56,718 nt of DNA from a candidate division WOR-3 bacterium. Its GTDB lineage: Bacteria > Hydrothermota > Tepidihabitantia > SM23-42 > CAYGYG01. Position numbers and translations under genes: made by a program. A model generated the notes under the pieces. That model was given only the letters and a program-made list of their open reading frames with translations, searched no databases and was not told where the DNA came from. The DNA is taken from contig CBFGIV010000011.1 in assembly GCA_965648915.1 (NCBI GenBank), positions 1 through 56,718 of the forward strand, given 5' to 3'. This document shows, in pieces, positions 25,712 to 33,850 of the stretch (the stretch's first letter is position 1; every line of letters starts with the position of its first letter).

Positions 25712-27928
25712 ATGCATAATAAACGAGACCGATTATATTTTTCGGTTATCGAGGAATATTTTAAGAATAAATCTTCTCTGAGAAAGACTGCAGAAAAATT
25801 TAATTTACATTATCAAACTGTCTTTAAATGGATAAGGTATTATAGAAAATTTGGAGGCCCACCTTTATTCAAACCCTGGAACCGACCACCTCCAAAAATA
25901 GAATTTGAGGTCATTAAATATAAAGAGCATTTCCCATGGCATACGCTGAAACAGGCTCATAAATTATTACTTAAGAAAGGAATAAAAATCTCTTATCGGG
26001 GCATATGGGACATTTGGAAAAGATACGGTTATTGTGGATTTGAAAAAGGAAAAGTTTCTAATGATTTTACTGATTTTATAACTCTAACAAAAGAAACAAA
26101 ATTAAAATTAATCCAGGCTGAACGACTCTTCAATGATGGTAAAATAAGAGAATCCGCGAAGGTTTTGAATTCAATCTTCTGGATGCCTAAAAATGAATTG
26201 GTCCTAAAAGTACCTGAAGAACTTTTGAACACCAGACGCAGAATGGAAAGGGTGATGATGGAGTTTGGTAAAATACCTATATCTGAATATGTCAGAAAAG
26301 TGAAAATTCTCCATCAAAAATGTATCAAAAACCAGTGGAACTATTCAGCATTAAGAATCGGATTGGCGTTGCTTGTTGCACTATCCTGGTTAGGTAACCC
26401 TGAAGAACAAAAAAAATGGACAGAAAGGATAGGGAGATTATTGTCAAATAGGAAAACAAGGGATTTGATGCCGATCCATTTCACTCTTCTTCTGTCAAGA
26501 TGCCATACCCTGGTACAAACACTAAAAATAACTGAAGCATTCCGAATAGCACGTCGCTGCTATTACGATGTGATACGACACAAAAACCCGATTTATAACT
26601 TTCTTTACGACCTGGCAGTTATATTCATTGAGCTTGAAGATTTTAATACTGCAGAAAAATTGCTCAATATTGCAAGCTTAGGGCTTATTGAACATAGAAG
26701 AAAAAGAATAAAAACACTTCTTGCAATTTATGCCTATCTTTTAAGAGGAGATAAAGAGAATGCACAGAAATTATTGAGAGAGGCTGATATGTATGATTGG
26801 ACAATGGACTCGCGGGTCTTCCGTTACGCATCCCATTTTGCGTTAATTGAAGGCAAACCATCAGAGGCGTTTACACTGGCACACAAATCGCTGAATGCCT
26901 CAAAAGGCGCTGGCCTTTTTGTCGATATCAACAATGCCTATCTGGCAATAGCGAGTGCATACGCATGCCTTGGCGAAAAAGAAAAAGCAAAGTCATTATT
27001 GACTAAATTGAAGAAATTTTTGAAAAAAAGGAAAATGAAAAGACAGCTTCTGGTTGCAAACATTCTTCTGCAAAAAATTCCTGATGATAAAGAACTGCTA
27101 AAATTATCTACAATCAAACTTGCCTGGTTATTATGCAAGAGAGGATATGGAGTCGCATATCAATTCGCTTTAAAAAAGGGACTGATGTTCTATTTTTATC
27201 GTTATCTATTTTTCTATCCGGAAATCGTTCTAAAAAGAATTACAAAAAATAAACCGACTTATCTACCCAAGGCAATTCTTCGCCTGCCGATATTTAATAC
27301 AAAGACCAATGTTTACCATATCAATTTATTAGGCAAAATAACCACCTTCCGCAATCATAAATATCTCAATTTCCATCTTGCACCCAAAGATACCGCGATA
27401 CTTTTGTTTATAATATTCAAAATCAACGAACCAGAAAGATCTTTGAATTTAAGTGAACTATATAAAAATTTCTGGCAAAATCGTTCCAATCCGGCAAGGT
27501 TATTTTCTCATATTCTGGTGCGGATAAAGAAGCAATTAAAGATTCCTCCCCATTATTTAGAGATAAAAAGACAGGACGGTGAATCTTATTTAATCAATCA
27601 AAATCTTTATTTTACCACTGACTATCAGGAATTCAATGAGACCCTTACAAGGGCAAAGGCATTAGAGCGGGCTGGTGAGTGGGGTTTCGCTCGCAAAGAA
27701 TACTTACGGGCATTTAGATTATTTCGTGGTGAGCCATTTAAGAAGAATTTTGATAGCTGGTCCGTGGATATGAGATTTAAAATTTTAAGCCAGTTTGAAA
27801 ATGAGGCGATTGCCTTTGCAAAGAGTTGTCTTGAGCACGGCAATAAAAATGACGCGCGAAAGATTCTAAAGAAGGTTCTCAGAATAATACCAAATTCCGA
27901 AGGATTAAAGGGGTTGTTAAATTATTAA
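25712..27928 (+). CDS. Putative transcriptional regulator 2: transposase-type HTH + TPR + SARP/BTAD-like C-terminus (paralog of 18805..21066)
   Basis: SLRKTAEKFNLHYQTVFKWIRYYRKFGG...ISYRGIWDIWKRYG; shared LPKAIL-x-LPIFN, YFTTDY and the AGEWGFARKEYLRAF cassette. Confidence 0.75.
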   Translation: MHNKRDRLYFSVIEEYFKNKSSLRKTAEKFNLHYQTVFKWIRYYRKFGGPPLFKPWNRPPPKIEFEVIKYKEHFPWHTLKQAHKLLLKKGIKISYRGIWDIWKRYGYCGFEKGKVSNDFTDFITLTKETKLKLIQAERLFNDGKIRESAKVLNSIFWMPKNELVLKVPEELLNTRRRMERVMMEFGKIPISEYVRKVKILHQKCIKNQWNYSALRIGLALLVALSWLGNPEEQKKWTERIGRLLSNRKTRDLMPIHFTLLLSRCHTLVQTLKITEAFRIARRCYYDVIRHKNPIYNFLYDLAVIFIELEDFNTAEKLLNIASLGLIEHRRKRIKTLLAIYAYLLRGDKENAQKLLREADMYDWTMDSRVFRYASHFALIEGKPSEAFTLAHKSLNASKGAGLFVDINNAYLAIASAYACLGEKEKAKSLLTKLKKFLKKRKMKRQLLVANILLQKIPDDKELLKLSTIKLAWLLCKRGYGVAYQFALKKGLMFYFYRYLFFYPEIVLKRITKNKPTYLPKAILRLPIFNTKTNVYHINLLGKITTFRNHKYLNFHLAPKDTAILLFIIFKINEPERSLNLSELYKNFWQNRSNPARLFSHILVRIKKQLKIPPHYLEIKRQDGESYLINQNLYFTTDYQEFNETLTRAKALERAGEWGFARKEYLRAFRLFRGEPFKKNFDSWSVDMRFKILSQFENEAIAFAKSCLEHGNKNDARKILKKVLRIIPNSEGLKGLLNY
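27653..27892 (+). repeat. Copy 2 of the conserved C-terminal cassette
   Basis: Matches 20788..21027; many differences are at synonymous positions. Confidence 0.9.
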
Positions 27929-28611
27929 CTAACCGAACGGAGATTATCAACAATCGGCAAGAGTTCAAGGATATCGTTTATTTCATAATCCGCGCCCGAA
28001 TTGACCGTGCCAAATGTATCGCCGTATCGGGCAAAAACGGTCTTCATTCCTAAGAGTTTTGCACCAACGATATCCCTCTCCGCCCAATCACCGACCATAA
28101 TGGTCTCCTGAGGTTGAAGATTCAGCAAGTTTAAAGTCTTCTGAAAGGGTGCCGGGTCGGGTTTCCTCTTCCCGGTGTCATCAAAAGTAACAACAACATC
28201 AAAAAAGTGTTGAAGGTTTAATTGACCGAGTCTCAACCACGCCTGCAGTCTTGGGGCATCAGAGACGACGGCAAGTTTCATTCCGCGTTTTAATAGCTCC
28301 ACCAATGTAAGATTCACATGGGGATAGAGGACCAGATTTGCTTCCCTCAATTTTCGGTAGCCAATTATTCCCGCCGCGTGGATCTTATAATCAATCTTGC
28401 CCAGTTCGTTCATCAAGAATTCATCAAATACCTGCTGGTATTCGATGCCTTCCTTTTCATAAATTGCATAAATCTTCTCTTTTGCAATTTTTCGGTCCAT
28501 CTTGAGTCCGGCATCAATCATCGCTTCAATTGCCGCTTCAATTGCTGATTCCTTCATCTTCACAAAATCAACCAGCGTATTATCAAGATCAAATATGACA
28601 CCCTTAATCAT
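27925..28611 (-). CDS. HAD-family hydrolase (subfamily IA)
   Basis: IFDLDNTL, VVSDA, KPDP, MVGDWAERDIVGAK. Confidence 0.9.
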   Translation of the reverse strand: MIKGVIFDLDNTLVDFVKMKESAIEAAIEAMIDAGLKMDRKIAKEKIYAIYEKEGIEYQQVFDEFLMNELGKIDYKIHAAGIIGYRKLREANLVLYPHVNLTLVELLKRGMKLAVVSDAPRLQAWLRLGQLNLQHFFDVVVTFDDTGKRKPDPAPFQKTLNLLNLQPQETIMVGDWAERDIVGAKLLGMKTVFARYGDTFGTVNSGADYEINDILELLPIVDNLRSVS

Positions 28612-29621
28612 AGAATCTCTCTAATTTTCTGAGCGGCAAACTCCGGGGCGATCCGGTTTATGTAGAAACCGGTTCCCCATTCAAAACCCGTCGTCCGTTG
28701 AATTCTCGGAATAAGTTCAATATGCCAGTGGAAATCATCTTTGATTGTAAACCAGTATCCTTTGTGGGGTATAAGGTTGGGTGCGTTATGCAGAATAAAA
28801 TTGTAAGGTGGATCATCAAGCAGATCATAGAGGGCCTTGACGATCCGTCTGAGCACCGATGCCAGACTTTTAAGTTCTGGCTCCGTTGTCTCGGTATAAG
28901 CATGGGAGTGGCGTCTGGGAAATACTGAGATTTCAAAAGGGAAACGGGAGGCATATGGTGCAATTACTACAAAATGTCCATCACTAAAAATCAACCTCTC
29001 TCCTGTATCGATCTCCTGCTGGATAATATCGCAGAAGATACACCGCTCTTTATATTCATAATAATCCTTAGCCCCTTTAAGTTTCTGTTTAACCCGGATC
29101 GGTGTTGCAGGCAGGGCAATCAGTTCTGAATGGAGGTGGTTAATCGACGATGCCCCTGCCAGACGTCCATGATTTTTGAAAATCAGGACATAGCGAAATC
29201 TCAAGTCCTTATGCAGATCAGAAATCCTCTGGATATAGGTCTTAAGAACCAGATAGATTTCATCTTCAGTAAGTTCAAAGAGATTTCGGATATGTCTTGG
29301 TGTCTCAATTATAACTTCATTGGCACCGATGCCATTTACCCTATCATAGACCCCTACACTACTCCGGATCAGTTCACCTTCGATTCTCAGGATCGGCGCT
29401 TTATTCGGTATAACACGAACTTTCCATCCGCTCTTGTTACTCTCTCCTTTTTCACGCACAGCAAAAATCTCATTCGGTGTAAGAGATTCTTTACCTTCAC
29501 AGAAAGGGCATTCATCTTCAGTCCTTTTTATCTCAACTATGTGATTTTTAGGAATCTCTACCCCCGCTGTATCAACAATTACCCAGGTGTCAGTAACGAT
29601 ATCCCTTCTTACTTCTGACAT
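28608..29621 (-). CDS. galT: Galactose-1-phosphate uridylyltransferase-like protein (HIT superfamily), divergent active site
   Basis: CPFCEG, VRVIPNK, EVIIETP, IFKNHG-x-AGASSINHLHSE, CIFCD, HWHIE, GFEWGTG. Confidence 0.75.
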   Translation of the reverse strand: MSEVRRDIVTDTWVIVDTAGVEIPKNHIVEIKRTEDECPFCEGKESLTPNEIFAVREKGESNKSGWKVRVIPNKAPILRIEGELIRSSVGVYDRVNGIGANEVIIETPRHIRNLFELTEDEIYLVLKTYIQRISDLHKDLRFRYVLIFKNHGRLAGASSINHLHSELIALPATPIRVKQKLKGAKDYYEYKERCIFCDIIQQEIDTGERLIFSDGHFVVIAPYASRFPFEISVFPRRHSHAYTETTEPELKSLASVLRRIVKALYDLLDDPPYNFILHNAPNLIPHKGYWFTIKDDFHWHIELIPRIQRTTGFEWGTGFYINRIAPEFAAQKIREIL

Positions 29622-29671
29622 AATACTCCTTTCTTAAATCTTTTAACGCTTAGACATATCTGTTCAGCGGT

Positions 29672-30337
29672 TCAACAATTTCTACGCAATTGCCGATTAG
29701 TCAGACTCTTTGCAAGAATATGTGCCTGCCGCAAAGGCTCCGGAATTCTATATTTATCAACCGAACGAATCACCATTTCTACGCTCTGGGAAAAATCTAC
29801 TTTGTTACCCGGTGAGACAAAGACCGGTCGAACCCGATGTCTGGTTCGAACTGCATAACCAATAAGTTCATTTGAAAAGAGAAGCGGGCTGATCTCCCCT
29901 TTCTCCTCATTCAACTCTTCATATCTACCAATCAAACAACTTTTGGCACAACCAATTGTTGATATATCCAGCATGACGCCCAAATGTGAAGCCAGGCCCA
30001 ATCTCCGCGGATGGGCAATGCCCTGCCCATCGACTAAAATTACATCCGGTTTTATTGTCAAACATTGATAGGCATCGATCAAAAGAGATACTTCTCTAAA
30101 GCCAAGCAGGGTTGGTATATAGGGAATGGTTATCTTCCCTTTTGCCCAGGCGAGATCGACCATCTTCAGGGTTCCATACTCAACAACCACAATCACCCCA
30201 ACCCCACCGTTATTATCAAAACCAACATCTGCGCCCCCGATAAATCGTATCCCCTTATCAATTCTCTTTAAACTCACCAATCGGGCGAGTCTTTTCTGCT
30301 CCTGAATCAAACTCCTGAAATCAATCTTTCGATTCAT
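29672..30337 (-). CDS. nfi: Endonuclease V
   Basis: GGADVG, PYIPTLLGFRE, LVDGQGIAHPRRLGLASHLG, IGCAKS, RIPEPLRQAH. Confidence 0.95.
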   Translation of the reverse strand: MNRKIDFRSLIQEQKRLARLVSLKRIDKGIRFIGGADVGFDNNGGVGVIVVVEYGTLKMVDLAWAKGKITIPYIPTLLGFREVSLLIDAYQCLTIKPDVILVDGQGIAHPRRLGLASHLGVMLDISTIGCAKSCLIGRYEELNEEKGEISPLLFSNELIGYAVRTRHRVRPVFVSPGNKVDFSQSVEMVIRSVDKYRIPEPLRQAHILAKSLTNRQLRRNC

Positions 30338-30359
30338 AAGAACAGAAAGTTAATTTAAC

Positions 30360-32186
30360 CTACTCAACCGTCACACTCTTGGCTAAATTTCTTGGACGAT
30401 CAACATCGCAGTTCTTTCTGAGGGCAATAAAATAAGCCAGAAGTTGGAGCGGAATAACTGTGAGCAAAGGCGAGACGAGTTCATCGGACAGGGGAACAAA
30501 AAAGGGATAACGACTGAGCCTGCTTATCTCATTATCACCTTCAGTTCCGATTAGAATAGGCACTCCCCGGCGCGCAACAACTTCTTCAATATTACTCATC
30601 ATCTTGTCATAAACAGTTCCCCGGACAGCAATTCCGACCACCGGGGTATTTTCATCAATTAGTGCAATCGGTCCGTGCTTCATCTCCCCGCCCGCGTAGC
30701 CGGTCGAATGGATATAGGAAATTTCTTTTAATTTGAGCGCCCCTTCCAGTGCCGATGGATAGTTGATACCTCGGCCTAAAAAGATAAAATTCTGTGCCTC
30801 GTAAAAAATGTCGCTGTAACCTTTAATCACTTCCGCCTGGCTTAAAACCCGTTCCATCTTCTCAGCGATTAAACTTAGTTCTTTTAAGTATCGATTGACC
30901 TCATCCAGGGTTAAAAAGTTTCTGATCCGGCCCAGATACAGGGCAAAGAGAAAGATATTTAGTACCTCTGCTGTGTAGGCTTTGGTCGAGGCCACGCCGA
31001 TTTCCGGACCGGCATTAATATAGATAACTCCATCTGATTCCCGGGCAATACTCGAATATGGGACATTGACAATCGAAAGGACATCGAGAAATTTGGTTTT
31101 GGCTTCGCGCAGACCGGCCAGCGTATCCGCAGTCTCTCCGGACTGGCTGATCGTCATAACCAGGGTGTTTAAATCAAAGACTGTCTCCCGATAGCGGAAT
31201 TCCGACGAAACTTCAACTTCGGTATGGACCCGGGCCATTTTTTCAAGTAGATATTTCCCAACCATACCCGCATGCCAAGAAGTCCCACAAGCCTGAATAA
31301 TTATTCGATTAATCTTCTTCAACTCCCTTTCACTAAACTTGAACTCTTCTCCAAAAGAGATCACCCCATTTTTTACCCTAAGATCGAGATTCTTTCTAAT
31401 CACCCTGGGTTGTTCAAATATCTCCTTCAGCATAAAATGGGCATAACCACCCTTATCAAGTTCTTGCGTATCGAGTTCGATCCGGCGGATGGGCAGGTCC
31501 AGCGGTTCACCATTAAAATTGGTTATTTGGTATCTTTCTCGTTCGACCACTACTATTGATTGATCCGGCAAGTCGATCACATTTCTGGTGAGAGTTATAA
31601 TCCCGGCATAATCTGAGGCCACCATATTTTCATCCTTACCGATTCCTAAAATCAATGGGGTATCTTTCTTGGCGGCAACAATCCGGTCGGGTTCACCTGC
31701 AAAGATCACAGCAATGGCGAAACTTCCGCTCAACTTATGAACCGCCTTCAGGGTCGCGGGATAGAGCCCTTCACGAATATTCTCCTCAATGAGATGGATG
31801 ATCACTTCCGAATCAGTATCTGTCCTGAAGAGGTGGCCTCTGTTCAATAATTCTTCTTTTAACGAGCGGTAATTTTCTATTTCACCATTATGGACCAATG
31901 CAATCTGTTCATTACAGTCAACAATCGGATGCGTATTGGCATCGGATGGGACACCGTGCGTTGCCCAGCGGGTATGACCGATACCAATGTTACCCTCAAG
32001 TGGTTCATAGGTCAAAATCTCATCCAGGGACTTTAACTTGCCTGCCCTCTTCCGTACCCCAAGTTCATCTCCATGAAGCGTGGCAATACCACAGGAATCG
32101 TAACCGCGATATTCAAGCCGTTCCAAGGCGACTCTTAAGACCGACTGGGCATTACGGTAACCGATGTACCCGACTATCCCACACAT
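30360..32186 (-). CDS. glmS: Glutamine-fructose-6-phosphate transaminase
   Basis: MCGIVG, LEYRGYDS, GHTRWATHG, VASTKAY, PRNLAKSVTVE. Confidence 0.97.
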   Translation of the reverse strand: MCGIVGYIGYRNAQSVLRVALERLEYRGYDSCGIATLHGDELGVRKRAGKLKSLDEILTYEPLEGNIGIGHTRWATHGVPSDANTHPIVDCNEQIALVHNGEIENYRSLKEELLNRGHLFRTDTDSEVIIHLIEENIREGLYPATLKAVHKLSGSFAIAVIFAGEPDRIVAAKKDTPLILGIGKDENMVASDYAGIITLTRNVIDLPDQSIVVVERERYQITNFNGEPLDLPIRRIELDTQELDKGGYAHFMLKEIFEQPRVIRKNLDLRVKNGVISFGEEFKFSERELKKINRIIIQACGTSWHAGMVGKYLLEKMARVHTEVEVSSEFRYRETVFDLNTLVMTISQSGETADTLAGLREAKTKFLDVLSIVNVPYSSIARESDGVIYINAGPEIGVASTKAYTAEVLNIFLFALYLGRIRNFLTLDEVNRYLKELSLIAEKMERVLSQAEVIKGYSDIFYEAQNFIFLGRGINYPSALEGALKLKEISYIHSTGYAGGEMKHGPIALIDENTPVVGIAVRGTVYDKMMSNIEEVVARRGVPILIGTEGDNEISRLSRYPFFVPLSDELVSPLLTVIPLQLLAYFIALRKNCDVDRPRNLAKSVTVE

Positions 32187-33523
32187 GCCTGTTCAAGGTC
32201 CTTAACTAAGTTCATAACCTGTTGTGCATCTTTACCCTCACTGATAATCCGGACGATCGGTTCGGTCTGGGAAGATCTTATATGAACCCAGATATCTTCG
32301 CTGGTAAACTTGTAACCATCAGTCCTATCTACTGCTGCATTGCGCAAAAGAGGGTGTTCGATGATAAACTGCATAATCTGCCCTTTCTTATCTTCCCAGT
32401 TATTCATAATAACCTTCTTCTTCACCATGAAATATTTAGGAAATAATTTACAGATTTCAGAAAGTCGTTTCTTCCTCGAATTTATTAAACTTATGACCAG
32501 GGCCGTAGCAACCAAGGCATCACGCGTATAATTTACCTCTGGTAATATTACTCCCCCATTGCCCTCTCCGCCAACAACTGCGGAGACTTCTCTCATCTTT
32601 TTCACCACATTTGCTTCACCAACCTTAGTGCGAAATAGCGGCACTCCATAATTTGAGGCAATATCTTCGATCAAACGGGAGGTTGAGAGATTGGTCACTA
32701 CCGGTCCCTTTCTCTGGGTCAGAACAAACTCCATAGCCAGGGCCAGGGTCATCTCTTCGCCGATTGCTACCCCCTGATCATCGACAATCGCCAGTCGATC
32801 ACTATCCGGGTCAACGGCAATACCCAGGTCAAGAGATTGCTCTCTAACTAAATCTCTAAGTGAACCTAAATTCTCACTCACTGGCTCGGGTGGCCGGGGA
32901 AAATTACCATCAGGCAGGCAATTTAATGGGAAGACCTGCATCCCGAGTTTCTTTAATAGTCTGGGTAATGCGATCGAACCTGCACCGTTGACCGCATCGA
33001 TCCCTACTTTTAATCGGCGTAACCGGGTACTCCCCAGAATGGAATTTATAATCCGGTCGATATGGATATCAATAGCCGTGGAGAGATAATCAACCCGTTT
33101 AATTTCATTCCAGCCGACCCTCTGAAACTGTCGATTTTTTAAGAAATCGAAAAATCTTTGAGCCATATCTTCATTTAAGAAAAGACCATTACCATTGATA
33201 AATTTTAATGCATTCCACTCGATGGGATTATGACTGGCGGTAATTGCGATGCCACCTTGGGCACCAGTTTGTGTGACCATCAAATTTACTGTCGGGGTCG
33301 GCACGACACCAAGATCGATTACCTCGCAGCCGCTTGCAAGGAGACCTGATATTACTGCATGTCTGATCATATCACCTGAAGCACGGGTATCTCTTCCCAC
33401 AACAATCTTCCCCCCTTTTAAGAAAGAGCCATAAGCAACTGCATACGCAGTAATAATCTCAGGCGTAAGATCAGAACCAACAATCCCTCTCAAACCTGAG
33501 ATACTGAAGAGCAAGGTACCCAT
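32174..33523 (-). CDS. glmM: Phosphoglucosamine mutase / phosphohexomutase
   Basis: ITASHNP, DPDSDRL, GGEGNGG; directly upstream of glmS. Confidence 0.88.
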   Translation of the reverse strand: MGTLLFSISGLRGIVGSDLTPEIITAYAVAYGSFLKGGKIVVGRDTRASGDMIRHAVISGLLASGCEVIDLGVVPTPTVNLMVTQTGAQGGIAITASHNPIEWNALKFINGNGLFLNEDMAQRFFDFLKNRQFQRVGWNEIKRVDYLSTAIDIHIDRIINSILGSTRLRRLKVGIDAVNGAGSIALPRLLKKLGMQVFPLNCLPDGNFPRPPEPVSENLGSLRDLVREQSLDLGIAVDPDSDRLAIVDDQGVAIGEEMTLALAMEFVLTQRKGPVVTNLSTSRLIEDIASNYGVPLFRTKVGEANVVKKMREVSAVVGGEGNGGVILPEVNYTRDALVATALVISLINSRKKRLSEICKLFPKYFMVKKKVIMNNWEDKKGQIMQFIIEHPLLRNAAVDRTDGYKFTSEDIWVHIRSSQTEPIVRIISEGKDAQQVMNLVKDLEQACVG

Positions 33524-33531
33524 ACTAAAAT

Positions 33532-33559
33532 AATATATTCAGTTTTAATAATGTGTCAA
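33532..33559 (-). promoter_or_regulatory. Sigma-70 promoter for glmM-glmS-nfi, near-leaderless
   Basis: TTGACA-N16-TATATT-N8-ATG(33523); no SD. Confidence 0.6.
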
Positions 33560-33603
33560 GTTAAATAAGTCCTCCAGTACCACTAACCTGATGAAAATAT
33601 TCC

Positions 33604-33652
33604 AAAAATTCAACCCGGCCGCAGCCCGAAGGCCGCGACCGGGAGGGGGAGT
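33604..33652 (-). ncRNA. Candidate ~50-nt small RNA or leader element with a cUUCGg hairpin
   Basis: Own promoter TTGACA-N16-TATAAT (33686-33659); then ACUCCCCCU, 13-bp stem CCCGGUCGCGGCC-UUCG-GGCUGCGGCCGGG and UUGAAUUUUU. Confidence 0.5.
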
Positions 33653-33714
33653 TGCTCAATTATATCCATAATTAAGAATATGTCAATAATGAAAATTTAA
33701 AAAATTTTTTTATA

Positions 33715-33743
33715 TTGACATTTAGTCAAAATCCCTTTATAAT
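33715..33743 (+). promoter_or_regulatory. Consensus sigma-70 promoter of the tRNA-Met locus
   Basis: TTGACA-N17-TATAAT with an A/T-tract UP-like element upstream. Confidence 0.88.
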
Positions 33744-33755
33744 TGGTCGGTTATG

Positions 33756-33828
33756 GGCGGCGTAGCTCAGTTGGCAGAGCAGGAGAATCATAATCTCTGT
33801 GTCAGGGGTTCAATTCCCTTCGCCGCCA
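33756..33828 (+). tRNA. tRNA-Met (CAT), elongator type; CCA not encoded
   Basis: Acceptor GGCGGCG/CGCCGCC, D-arm GCTC/GAGC, anticodon arm GGAGA-ATCATAA-TCTCT, T-arm AGGGG-TTCAATT-CCCTT. G1-C72 pair and no GGG/CCC anticodon stem, so not initiator. Confidence 0.93.
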
Positions 33829-33850
33829 TCACTGTATTCAGGAGATAGAA

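Noticed and set aside
20788..27892. Diversity-generating retroelement TR/VR pair
   Set aside because: Both copies are coding, mismatches are not adenine-specific, and there is no reverse transcriptase in the window.
18805..27928. Active IS elements or transposases
   Set aside because: Only the HTH part resembles a transposase; no DDE triad, terminal inverted repeats or target duplications were seen.
33524..33700. glmS ribozyme
   Set aside because: No recognisable ribozyme core; glmS is operon-internal behind glmM.
33756..33850. tRNA integration site or prophage
   Set aside because: No integrase, and no duplicated tRNA 3' end seen in the window.
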